A stretch of DNA of 64,000 nucleotides from an uncultured Burkholderiales bacterium (GTDB lineage: Bacteria; Pseudomonadota; Gammaproteobacteria; Burkholderiales; Eutrophovitaceae), in the NCBI GenBank assembly GCA_963925895.1, contig CAWUVH010000007.1, forward strand, positions 7,957 through 71,956, given 5' to 3'. The translations under genes and the position numbers were made by a program. Positions 9,507 through 18,546 of the stretch are shown here, piece after piece. Numbering within the stretch: position 1 is the first letter of the stretch; the number at the start of each line of letters is the position of its first letter. The notes beneath the pieces are model-generated. The model was not told the DNA's origin. It worked only from the letters and a program-made list of their open reading frames with translations, and made no database searches.

Positions 9507-10760
9507 ATGAAGACTGTAGTGGTTGGTGCGGGTGTCGTTGGAATGACCACGGCGTGGTTTCTTGCTAAGCGTGGTCATCAAGTAGAAGTGATCGATCGAG
9601 ACTCTGGGTCCGGGCTAGGTACGAGTTACGCGAATGGTGGACAGATCTCTGTTAGTCAAGCCGAGCCATGGTCCAATCCTGGTGCACCATTTAAAATTCT
9701 TAAATGGTTAGGGCGTGAGGATGCGCCGCTTCTCTTTCGTATGAGGGCGGACTTGAACCAGTGGTCGTGGGGGCTTAGGTTTTTGTTTGAATGTCTACCG
9801 AGTAGAACGCGGCACAATATGCTGGATATTTTGAGGTTGGGTATTTATAGTCGCCAGTGTTTGCAAGAGCTTCGACAGAGTGAGGGTCTTGAGTATCATC
9901 AGGTCACAAAGGGTATTCTGCAGATCCACACTGACGAGTCCGAGTTTGCAGCCGCTAATTTGCGCTTGGCCTCCTTGCTTGAATATGGTTTGGACATGTC
10001 TGTGTGCGCGACTGACGAACTGATTCGAATTGAGCCTGCGTTACGGCAATCGACATTGCCTATTGTAGGAGCAACTTACGCTGCCGACGATGAATCGGGA
10101 GATGCGCATCTTTTTACCCGGCAACTGGAAGAGGCTTGCAAGCGACGGTATGATGTGGCCTTCTCTTATGACACCAAAGTTATTGGTTTTGTTGGCTCGA
10201 ATGATTCAATTGGTGGTCTACGTACAATCGATAAGGAAGGCGAGATAAGGTTAAAGACGGCTGATGCTTACGTGATTGCTACAGGTAGTTTAACGGATGC
10301 TTTATTGCGACCGATAGGCCTTCGCGTTCCTATATTTCCTGTGAAAGGTTATTCCCTGACGGTTCCAGTGGTTGACCCAAGTTTGGCTCCAGAAGTATGC
10401 ATTACAGACGAAAATGGAAAAGTTGCAATGTCACGGCTCGGTGGTTTTTTAAGATTGGCAGGTACCGCTGAGTTGAATGGGTATGATGTGTCGATTAATG
10501 AAGCGCGGTGCGCGGGTATTTTAAATCGAGTCAAGAAATTGTTCCCGTATGGGATGGATTACGACAACGCGCGGAAGTGGGCTGGATTGAGGCCTATGAC
10601 ACCCTCGAGCGTGCCATTAATAGGTCGTACAGGATTTGGTAACTTATTCTTAAATGCAGGGCATGGGACACTTGGTTGGACGTTGTCTTGTGGCTCTGGA
10701 TCTGCAATTGCAGACATGGTGAGCGGTATAAAACCAGAGATCAATTTTTCATTTCTTTAA
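9507..10760 (+). CDS. dadA: D-amino acid dehydrogenase small subunit
   Basis: Collinear with E. coli DadA as remembered: MKTVVVGAGVVG, PVKGYSLTVP, WAGLRPMTP and NAGHGTLGWT. Start taken at ATG 9507. Confidence 0.85.
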   Translation: MKTVVVGAGVVGMTTAWFLAKRGHQVEVIDRDSGSGLGTSYANGGQISVSQAEPWSNPGAPFKILKWLGREDAPLLFRMRADLNQWSWGLRFLFECLPSRTRHNMLDILRLGIYSRQCLQELRQSEGLEYHQVTKGILQIHTDESEFAAANLRLASLLEYGLDMSVCATDELIRIEPALRQSTLPIVGATYAADDESGDAHLFTRQLEEACKRRYDVAFSYDTKVIGFVGSNDSIGGLRTIDKEGEIRLKTADAYVIATGSLTDALLRPIGLRVPIFPVKGYSLTVPVVDPSLAPEVCITDENGKVAMSRLGGFLRLAGTAELNGYDVSINEARCAGILNRVKKLFPYGMDYDNARKWAGLRPMTPSSVPLIGRTGFGNLFLNAGHGTLGWTLSCGSGSAIADMVSGIKPEINFSFL

Positions 10761-10787
10761 ATGTACTTTCAATAAATGATGTTTGAT

Positions 10788-10820
10788 AAAAAAAGCCCAC
10801 ATATATGTGGGCTTTTTTTT
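10788..10820. terminator. Bidirectional rho-independent terminator
   Basis: A7-GCCCACA-tata-TGTGGGC-T8. A perfect 7-bp stem flanked by A and T runs, lying between convergent genes. Confidence 0.85.
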
Positions 10821-10841
10821 AGGACGGTTTGTAGGGGGCTA

Positions 10842-11444
10842 TTACCAGATTAAAGCGCCGCCTCCATTTTGTTGTGCAACCATCATATACAGCATAGGAA
10901 TTGAGAGCATGGTATTAAATCTCGAACCCATCATCGCTATCTTCGCAGCAGCAGCCTTTTGGGCGGCTTCAACAGTTACAATCCCAAGAGCTTTCTTTTG
11001 GGCGGGCCAGATAATGAACCAAACATTAGCCGCCATAACGAGAGCCATCCACATGCCAATGCCGATGGCTAGATATCCATTGCCAAATGATAGGGCAGTT
11101 GTTAAGTAACCCTGCCCTTGAGCTAGTAATACACCGGTAACCACAGTCGCAAGAGCGCCATACCGGAACCAAAATAGTGCGGCTGGTGCAATGACTTTGC
11201 CGATTGCTGGTTTTTGTTCGTCGGGTATCTTTGGCATCGAAGGCATCTGTACAAAATTGAAATACCACAATATGCCTATCCACATCACGCCGGCGAGAAC
11301 ATGCAACCAACGCATGATAAAGATTCCCCAAGCATGTGACATACTGCTGGCGTCTCCCATGCTTGATGCGATGAGCAGCAGAGCTACCAGAATCACTACG
11401 CCAGCAAGAACAGTCTTGCCTAGCGATTGAAATATTGCAGTCAT
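10842..11444 (-). CDS. Integral membrane protein, urate-hydroxylase PuuD N-terminal-domain-like
   Basis: Multi-pass hydrophobic protein with the block RWLHVLAGVMWIGILWYFNFVQ. Start set at ATG 11444 behind the AGGGAG RBS. The family call rests on remembered similarity only. Confidence 0.4.
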   Translation of the reverse strand: MTAIFQSLGKTVLAGVVILVALLLIASSMGDASSMSHAWGIFIMRWLHVLAGVMWIGILWYFNFVQMPSMPKIPDEQKPAIGKVIAPAALFWFRYGALATVVTGVLLAQGQGYLTTALSFGNGYLAIGIGMWMALVMAANVWFIIWPAQKKALGIVTVEAAQKAAAAKIAMMGSRFNTMLSIPMLYMMVAQQNGGGALIW

Positions 11445-11653
11445 AAATATCTCCCTGTATTTAGAATCCACTTTTAGTTTCTCGCTCGCACGTTTAATTT
11501 CGTGTTCACTTGCCAGATTAGTGAGTTTGGACACTATCCAGCTGGCCGAAGTATAGCCTAGAAGTAAACACAATCAAAGAAGCGTGATCCGACTTTGATG
11601 CCTGCCCAAGATCACTTGCCTTTCGTCAGGGACGCTCTAGGATCCAGTTCGGT

Positions 11654-12616
11654 TCAGCTTGTCACTGGAATCTCTAATGCGTGACCTATCCTTGATGCTT
11701 TGAGTGCTTGATTCAGTTTTACCAAGTCTTGGTTGGGGATCTTCACAAGTGGGGGACGGACGTGTGCCTGTTCGATTCGGCCGAGTAAAACGAGCGCTTC
11801 TTTCATTCGATTGTGCATATCGAGAAAGGGTGGGGTATAAAACACCTGAGCCAGAGGGTAAATACGATCGTTGATAGCTTGGGCAAGCTCTAAGTTCTTA
11901 CTTTTCACTGCTTGAAATAGCTGAACTTGCAGATCGACAATCACGCTGCCGGCTCCTGATAGCAATCCATTCGCACCCATGCTGAGTGAGGCCATTAGCC
12001 AGGAGCTATGGGTAGTAAGCACATTGATGGGGTTGGAAAGAGATTGAAACGTCTTGATGTGTTTTTCATGCAACATCGGATCGTTCGACCAGTCTTTGAT
12101 GGCTTTAATGTTAGGTATGGCATCAAATAATTTGAGTAGTGTGTCGAAGGGGTAACCCAGTCCAGTTGACATTGGGTATTGGAAGCAAATTAGGGGCAGA
12201 TCTGTTGCATTCGCTATTTCACTAAAGTGAGCGATCGCCATTTCTGGACGTAGTTGGCCACCCATAGACATGGTATTGGGTGGAAAGACCAGTAAACAGG
12301 AGGCACCTGATGCATCTGCCATTTTCGCGATTCGTGCAGCTTCCAGACTTCCGTCGGCATAGACCCCATTGATGACAGGACATTGGTCCCCAATCTCGTC
12401 CATCGTTGAGCCAAGTATTTGTTGTTGTTCCTCAAAAGAGCAGGCATGTACTTCGGAAGCGTGGCCGTTAACTGTTACCGCAGACACGCCTGGAACCAGT
12501 GCGCAATCTTTGGTGTGTTTGCGCGTAGCAGGATCATTGATACTGAGGTCTTCGTTGAGAATCAATAACGTCGCGGGGATGACCCCATTTGGTACAAATT
12601 TTTTAAACGCAGGCAC
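11654..12616 (-). CDS. Dihydrodipicolinate synthase/N-acetylneuraminate lyase family (class I aldolase) protein
   Basis: DapA-family length of 320 aa, with the GVSAVTVNGHASEV block and the Schiff-base Lys context KAIKDWS. GTG start behind a GGAG RBS. Confidence 0.7.
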   Translation of the reverse strand: MPAFKKFVPNGVIPATLLILNEDLSINDPATRKHTKDCALVPGVSAVTVNGHASEVHACSFEEQQQILGSTMDEIGDQCPVINGVYADGSLEAARIAKMADASGASCLLVFPPNTMSMGGQLRPEMAIAHFSEIANATDLPLICFQYPMSTGLGYPFDTLLKLFDAIPNIKAIKDWSNDPMLHEKHIKTFQSLSNPINVLTTHSSWLMASLSMGANGLLSGAGSVIVDLQVQLFQAVKSKNLELAQAINDRIYPLAQVFYTPPFLDMHNRMKEALVLLGRIEQAHVRPPLVKIPNQDLVKLNQALKASRIGHALEIPVTS

Positions 12617-12826
12617 GAGTTTTTCTCCGATGTGAATTGGTCAAAGACGTTCCTACAGTTGGACGCAGCAACGTGATTCATAACTCTAGCCGACACTATA
12701 TATAAAGGATGCGGTTCTCGTAGAGCAAAAGATCAGTGTGTGTCGTAATATTGTGTCAGTGAAAATATATATATGCTCATATCACTGTTAAAGCGCGCAG
12801 CATAAAAATTGATATAGGAGGTAAAA

Positions 12827-13618
12827 GTGGAATTTGAAACGATGCTATTTAAAGTTGAGGACAACATTGCGAGAATTACGATCAATCGTGAAAGCTCATT
12901 TAATGCCGTCAATGGTCAGGCAGCTAAAGATCTTCACGATATTGTTAATTTTATGGCGAGCAGCAAAGACGTGCGTGCAGTGGTGATTACTGGCAGTGGT
13001 GATAAGGCTTTTTGTGCAGGTGGTGATGTTGCTGAATTCCACGCGAACAAGCATCGTCTAGAAGCGTTGGTGCGCGAAATGACAGGATATCTCCATATCG
13101 CTATTTCGCGTTTAGCCTGGTTAGATGCGCCCGTTATTGCCGCGGTGAATGGTGCTGCGGCTGGAGCTGGATTGAGTCTAGCTGCATGTTGTGACTTAGT
13201 CATAGCCTCTGACACAGCAAAGTTTACCAGTGCGTACACGCGAATTGGCCTCACACCAGATGGAAGTTCTACTTACTTTTTAACTCGAGTTATTGGACGT
13301 CGTCGTGCGCTCGAGTTATATCTAACAAATCGAACACTAACAGCCCAAGAGGCTCTTGATTGGGGGCTCGTTAATCGGATTGTGCCAGCCGCCGACTTGC
13401 AACAGGAAGTGGACAAATTGGCTCGAGATCTTGCTGCGGGCCCTACATTGGCGCATGGAGGCGTAAAAAGACTGGTGCTTATGTCGCCTAACGACACGCT
13501 TGAATCACAAATGGAGCGGGAAACTAGAGAAATTGCGCGGATGGTCGGTACCGAGGATGCTAAGAACGGGATTACTGCGTTCATTAATAAACAAAAGCCC
13601 GCATTCGAAGGGCGATAA
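12827..13618 (+). CDS. Enoyl-CoA hydratase/isomerase (crotonase) family protein
   Basis: Crotonase blocks FCAGGDV and [22 protein letters not shown] start 6 nt after a GGAGG RBS. Confidence 0.85.
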   Translation: MEFETMLFKVEDNIARITINRESSFNAVNGQAAKDLHDIVNFMASSKDVRAVVITGSGDKAFCAGGDVAEFHANKHRLEALVREMTGYLHIAISRLAWLDAPVIAAVNGAAAGAGLSLAACCDLVIASDTAKFTSAYTRIGLTPDGSSTYFLTRVIGRRRALELYLTNRTLTAQEALDWGLVNRIVPAADLQQEVDKLARDLAAGPTLAHGGVKRLVLMSPNDTLESQMERETREIARMVGTEDAKNGITAFINKQKPAFEGR

Positions 13619-13634
13619 CAAAGGAGTGGGTCTT

Positions 13635-14522
13635 ATGCCTAGCGATCAACCGTTTGCAGCAAAGAAGTCGATCCAAGTCAATGGTAAGCAGATGGCCTAT
13701 ATCGATGTGGGCGAAGGTGATTCGATTGTTTTTCAGCATGGAAATCCTACTTCATCATATCTATGGCGCAATATCATGCCTCACTGTGAGGGGTTAGGGC
13801 GACTGATCGCATGTGATCTGATTGGTATGGGTGATTCGGAAAAACTGCCAGAGTCCAATGCGAGTCGTTACTCGTATGCGGAGCAAAGGGAATACCTGTT
13901 TGGGGCTTGGGAGCAATTAGACTTGGGAGATCGAATCATTTTTGTCATCCATGATTGGGGTTCCGCTTTGGCCTTTGAGTGGGCATCAAAGAACGACCAG
14001 CGAGTGCAAGGTATCGTGTACATGGAATCGATTGTTGATGTGCTTACTTGGGATGATTGGCCAGAAAATGCGCGTAAGGTATTCCAAGCATTTCGCTCTC
14101 CCGCTGGAGAAGAAATGATTTTAGACAAAAATGTATTCATTGAGCGTGTGCTCCCAGGGTCTATCTCGCGCACATTGAGTGACAGTGAGATGGCTGAATA
14201 TCGACGGCCTTTCCAAAACCCTGGAGAGGAGAGAAGGCCTACTTTGTCGTGGCCTAGAGAGATCCCCATTGAGGGTGAGCCTGCTGAGGTGGTGAATGTA
14301 GTTAGAGATTATTCCCGGTGGCTTGGGTCGTCCCAGGTTCCCAAACTCTTCATTAATGCGGATCCTGGTTCTATCTTGGTTGGGCGGCAAAGAGATCTGT
14401 GTCGTCATTGGCCGAATCAAACTGAGGTTACGGTATCTGGGTTGCATTTTTTACAGGAAGACAGCCCTGGAGAGATAGGGGCACATATTTCAAGCTTCGT
14501 CCAGCGAATTCGGTTTCAATAA
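13635..14522 (+). CDS. Haloalkane dehalogenase (HLD-II type alpha/beta hydrolase)
   Basis: [16 protein letters not shown], the nucleophile elbow IHDWGS and C-terminal GLHFLQED. Start at ATG 13635 behind an AAGGAG RBS; the longer ORF-track start overlaps the upstream gene. Confidence 0.8.
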   Translation: MPSDQPFAAKKSIQVNGKQMAYIDVGEGDSIVFQHGNPTSSYLWRNIMPHCEGLGRLIACDLIGMGDSEKLPESNASRYSYAEQREYLFGAWEQLDLGDRIIFVIHDWGSALAFEWASKNDQRVQGIVYMESIVDVLTWDDWPENARKVFQAFRSPAGEEMILDKNVFIERVLPGSISRTLSDSEMAEYRRPFQNPGEERRPTLSWPREIPIEGEPAEVVNVVRDYSRWLGSSQVPKLFINADPGSILVGRQRDLCRHWPNQTEVTVSGLHFLQEDSPGEIGAHISSFVQRIRFQ

Positions 14523-14552
14523 ATAACGGGCTAAATTTACAATTCTTCTGAT

Positions 14553-16223
14553 ATGTATGATCTTTTAGTTAAAAATGGAATAATCATAGACGGCACCGGA
14601 CTTCCAGCCTATCGCGCTGACGTGGGTGTCAGCGGTGGGGTTATCGTTGAGATTGGAGAGTTAAACACTTCGGGTAAGCGAGTGATTGACGCAGAGGGCC
14701 TCATTGTGTCGCCTGGATTTATTGACCCACATACTCATTATGATGCTCAGATTTGTTGGGATACATTGGTTACGCCATCTTCTTGGCATGGAGTGACTTC
14801 GGTTGTTTTGGGAAATTGTGGTGTTGGCATTGCTCCGTGCCACTCGGATGCACGTGAGGTCGCCATGCGCGACCTTGAAAATGTTGAAGCAATTCCATTC
14901 GAGGTTTTAGAAAAAGGGATCACCTGGGATTGGGAGTCATTTCCAGAATTTATGGACTTCGCGCAGAGACAAAAAATTGGGGTAAATACTGCTTTTTTGG
15001 CCCCATTGAGTCCATTTAGGCATTTTGTGATGGGTCAAGAATCTATCGAAAGAGCTGCGGAGGAGGGTGAAATGTGTGAGATAGCTCGTCTACTTGGTGA
15101 GGCAATGGACCATGGGGCATTTGGGTTCTCCAGCACGATACTTAATCAACATATGGGTTTTGGTGGGAAACCGTTAGCTTGTCGCAATGCCAGTCGAGCG
15201 GAATTAAAAGCATATGCGAACACATTAAAGAAACGCAACAAAGGTGCGATTGAGATTGCGTTGACTCGACAGTTGGGAGTGCTGGAGGAGGATCAATGCG
15301 ACATTCTTGATATGTTGCTTGACGAGAGTGGACGGCCTGTCACGTTTATCGCGATGTTTGATCGAGATGACATTTCAGAGGCGGTTCGAGAGAGCCTTCG
15401 ACGCGCAAAACCAATGATTGAGAAAGGCGCTAGACCGCAGACATCACCCCTACCGCTAACGCGCGAGATGGATATGCGTAACCCTTTTTCATTTGCGTCG
15501 TTCCCCTCTTGGAAGCGTGTTTTCCAAAACAAATCTAAGGAGGCTCAGAAGCTCATTTATGCTGATCCGGAATTCAGAAAGCAGTTTAGGGAGGATTTAA
15601 AAACCCCAACTGGATTTGCTGACTGGGAACGAATTACTTTGCATCATGCGCGCAGTGAGGAGCTTACCCCATTTGTTGATTTGCCCGTTTCGGAAATCGC
15701 GCATGCGCAAGGGAAAGATCCGGTAGACGCTTTTCTCGACATTGCGGTCACCGATGACTTAGCCTGCGAATTTACGATTCAATCATTTAATACCCGAATT
15801 GATCGTATGGCCGAGCTGTTGAACGATCCTTCGATACTGATTGGTTTGGGCGACGGTGGCGCACATGTTGATATGCTGTGTGATTCAGGATATCCAACAT
15901 ATCTATTGGGGACCTGGGTTCGCGAAAGAGGCGTTTTGTCTCTAGAGGAGGGAGTGAGACGTCTGACTTCTGATCCAGCAGATCTGTTTGGGATTAGAGA
16001 TCGCGGACGCCTTCGCCGAGGGTATGCTGCGGATATTACAATATTCGATGCGGCTGAGATCGGCTCTTCGGAGCGGCCTGAGCGTCGTTACGATTTGCCC
16101 GGTGGTGCTAAGCGTATGGTCATGCCTTCGCGAGGTATTAAATACACAATCGTTAATGGCATCATTGCTTGGAAGGATGGTTTTGAGCAGTCAGCAAATA
16201 ATGGAGTGGTTTTAAAATCTTAA
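14553..16223 (+). CDS. N-acyl-D-amino-acid deacylase (D-aminoacylase) family amidohydrolase
   Basis: N-terminus DLLVKNGIIIDGTG...GFIDPHTHYD, with GDGGAH near the C-terminus; 556 aa. Confidence 0.8.
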   Translation: MYDLLVKNGIIIDGTGLPAYRADVGVSGGVIVEIGELNTSGKRVIDAEGLIVSPGFIDPHTHYDAQICWDTLVTPSSWHGVTSVVLGNCGVGIAPCHSDAREVAMRDLENVEAIPFEVLEKGITWDWESFPEFMDFAQRQKIGVNTAFLAPLSPFRHFVMGQESIERAAEEGEMCEIARLLGEAMDHGAFGFSSTILNQHMGFGGKPLACRNASRAELKAYANTLKKRNKGAIEIALTRQLGVLEEDQCDILDMLLDESGRPVTFIAMFDRDDISEAVRESLRRAKPMIEKGARPQTSPLPLTREMDMRNPFSFASFPSWKRVFQNKSKEAQKLIYADPEFRKQFREDLKTPTGFADWERITLHHARSEELTPFVDLPVSEIAHAQGKDPVDAFLDIAVTDDLACEFTIQSFNTRIDRMAELLNDPSILIGLGDGGAHVDMLCDSGYPTYLLGTWVRERGVLSLEEGVRRLTSDPADLFGIRDRGRLRRGYAADITIFDAAEIGSSERPERRYDLPGGAKRMVMPSRGIKYTIVNGIIAWKDGFEQSANNGVVLKS

Positions 16224-16246
16224 GTAGGTTTTAAGCGGGGCAGTTT

Positions 16247-16594
16247 ATGTATATGAATGTAAGACGATTTATGTTGACCCTTTGTGTTTTTGCAGCCGGT
16301 ATTGTGCCATCACATGCAGAGCAAATACAAAAACAATTCATAACGTCACAGGAGGTCCACGAGTGGTCAATGAGCTCTGATGCAGACATCAGAAATAAAT
16401 TTTCTGGTTTTGTTTTCGGTATTCACGATGCGTTTAACGAACTGTTTTTTTGTACACAAAGCAGTGTTTCTCGGTTAGATATAGAGCTCACGGCGCGAGC
16501 GTATTTGAGCGCTAATAGTCAGTTGCGTCATAAATCTGGAGCGGATGTTGTTAGGCAATCTTTGTCTGATGCTTATAAGTGTGGCAAACGTTAA
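16247..16594 (+). CDS. Small secreted protein, Rap1a/Tai4-like (T6SS amidase-immunity-like) fold candidate
   Basis: Signal peptide ends SHA/EQ. The pattern GFVFGIHDAF...FC....V........AYL..N...RH.S.A..V..SL..AYKC resembles the Rap1a/Tai family as remembered. Its stop abuts the next start (TAA-ATG). Confidence 0.4.
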   Translation: MYMNVRRFMLTLCVFAAGIVPSHAEQIQKQFITSQEVHEWSMSSDADIRNKFSGFVFGIHDAFNELFFCTQSSVSRLDIELTARAYLSANSQLRHKSGADVVRQSLSDAYKCGKR

Positions 16595-17695
16595 ATGTCT
16601 CTGAGAAAAAGAAGTCATCCGAGGGGGGAATTAGTGCGGTTGGAGCACGTTTCTAAGGTTCTGAAGAACAACCCTCTGAAGGATCCTTACCGGCGGGAGA
16701 TCTTAGTCTGGTTACCTCCAGGTTATTCGTCTAATACGACACAGCGATACCCGGTTTTCTATGATTTGGCTGGGTTTACGGGGTCAGGTCCCGCACGATT
16801 GAATTGGAAGCCTTTTGGTGAAAATATGGCTGAGCGATTAGAGCGCTTAGTTCACGAGAAAAAGATTGGCCCAGTGATTGTGGTATTTCCAGATTGTTTT
16901 ACATCTCTTGGTGGTAATCAATATATCAATTCCTCCGCGTTGGGTCGTTATGATGACTATTTAAACCTAGAGATTGTTCCTTTTGTGGATGGTATGTTTC
17001 GCACCAAATCATCAGCCAAACATCGCGCCTGTTTTGGCAAATCATCTGGTGGTTACGGGGCAATGGTTCAAGGTATGAATCACCCTGATGTTTGGGGCGC
17101 TGTTGCTAACCTGTCTGGTGACGCTTATTTCGATTTTATTTATCGTCGGGATTGGCCAAACACATTGGATGCATTAGCAAAATATCGTGTTGCTAGTTAC
17201 TCCCCCAAAGAGGGTTCAAAGAGTGAGCAAGGTAGGCGAGAGCTTGTTAAGCATGGGATGGACGACGGGAGAATCAAACGTTTTTTGAAAGCAACTTGGG
17301 CGCGAGAAAAAGTATCGTCTTCAGAGGGGCATTGTTTGATGAACCTTTGTATGGCAGCCACATATGATGCCGATCCAAAAGCGCCACTTGGTTTTCGAGT
17401 GCCATTTGATATGGATACAGGAGAGTTAATTGAGGCGCGTTGGAACTGTTGGTTGGCTCATGACCCTATCAATTTGGTAAAACGTTTCGGCAGTAATTTG
17501 AAGAAGTTACAAGGAGTTTGGATAGAGTGCGGGACGAGAGATCAATACTTCATCCATTATGGATCACGTATTTTGTCAGAACGATTACATGATCTCGGTG
17601 TTGCGCATGTGTACGAAGAATTTGATGACAACCATTCAGATCTTGACTATAGACTCGATAGAAGTTTGCCGTTCTTGTTTAAGGCGATTGGTTAG
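16595..17695 (+). CDS. Esterase-D/enterochelin-esterase-like alpha/beta hydrolase (putative esterase family)
   Basis: GxSxG nucleophile motif FGKSSGGYGA and a C-terminal HS.LDY block. No signal peptide. Confidence 0.7.
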   Translation: MSLRKRSHPRGELVRLEHVSKVLKNNPLKDPYRREILVWLPPGYSSNTTQRYPVFYDLAGFTGSGPARLNWKPFGENMAERLERLVHEKKIGPVIVVFPDCFTSLGGNQYINSSALGRYDDYLNLEIVPFVDGMFRTKSSAKHRACFGKSSGGYGAMVQGMNHPDVWGAVANLSGDAYFDFIYRRDWPNTLDALAKYRVASYSPKEGSKSEQGRRELVKHGMDDGRIKRFLKATWAREKVSSSEGHCLMNLCMAATYDADPKAPLGFRVPFDMDTGELIEARWNCWLAHDPINLVKRFGSNLKKLQGVWIECGTRDQYFIHYGSRILSERLHDLGVAHVYEEFDDNHSDLDYRLDRSLPFLFKAIG

Positions 17696-17700
17696 CACTG

Positions 17701-18462
17701 ATGGGCTTGGAAAAGTTAGATATTCAGAGAGCCAAGGCTATGGTTAATGCTGCTTCCGCAGTGGTGGTTTTGACAGGAGCTGGAGTTTCGACTGATTCAG
17801 GAGTCCCCGATTTTAGAGGGCCTCAGGGTGTGTGGACGAAAAACCCTCTTACTGAAAAGATGTCGGATATTCGATATTACATGTCTGACCCTGACGTAAG
17901 GCGTTTGGCGTGGCAGTCTCGCTTAACGCATCCTGCTCTAAGGGCTATACCGAATGAGGCGCATGATTCTATTGCTGCATTTGAAGAAACAGGAAAATTA
18001 CTGAAATTAATTACCCAAAATATTGATGGACTGCATCAAGCCGCTGGTAGTGACCACAATAAAATCATAGAAATCCATGGGACGATCCATCGTGTGGTGT
18101 GCATGTCATGCCAAAAAAAAACGAATATGCTGGATGAGCTTGAGCGGGTTAAACAGGGTGAGCTTGATCCTCTTTGTTCGAGTTGTTCGGGTATTTTGAA
18201 AAGCGACACGATTTCTTTCGGACAATCTTTGGATGAGATCAAAATTAATGCGGTATTTGATTGTGTTAAAAAAATTGATCTCTTGTTATGTGTTGGCACA
18301 ACGCTTCAGGTGTACCCGATTGCGGGTGTTGTGGATGTCGCGAAAGCTGCTCATGCTGATGTGCTAATAATCAATAACCAGCCAACGCAGTATGACTCAA
18401 TGGCAGATGCGGTTTTGAGAGACTCAATAAAAGTGGTGCTGCCCGTTCTTCTTGGGTCTTGA
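17701..18462 (+). CDS. cobB: NAD-dependent protein deacylase, Sir2 family
   Basis: GAGVSTDSGVPDFRG, QNIDGLH, catalytic HG, and the Zn ribbon CMSC...CSSC; 253 aa. Confidence 0.85.
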   Translation: MGLEKLDIQRAKAMVNAASAVVVLTGAGVSTDSGVPDFRGPQGVWTKNPLTEKMSDIRYYMSDPDVRRLAWQSRLTHPALRAIPNEAHDSIAAFEETGKLLKLITQNIDGLHQAAGSDHNKIIEIHGTIHRVVCMSCQKKTNMLDELERVKQGELDPLCSSCSGILKSDTISFGQSLDEIKINAVFDCVKKIDLLLCVGTTLQVYPIAGVVDVAKAAHADVLIINNQPTQYDSMADAVLRDSIKVVLPVLLGS

Positions 18463-18546
18463 TTGCCATTATCAAATTTTGCCTATAGTGTTGTGGTTAA
18501 ATTTCAGCACCTATTGAGTTGTCCATTTTGAGGAGAGATCGTTCTA

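Noticed and set aside
17701-18462. Sir2-domain gene as a possible anti-phage NADase (Thoeris/DSR/SIR2-HerA-like)
   Set aside because: It is a compact 253-aa canonical sirtuin with the GAGVS..G.PDFRG, QNIDGLH and HG motifs and an intact CxxC...CxxC zinc ribbon. It has no fused sensor domain (SLOG, TIR, helicase) and no partner genes, and it sits inside a metabolic operon. The SLOG protein at 33169 is 15 kb away and unrelated in context.
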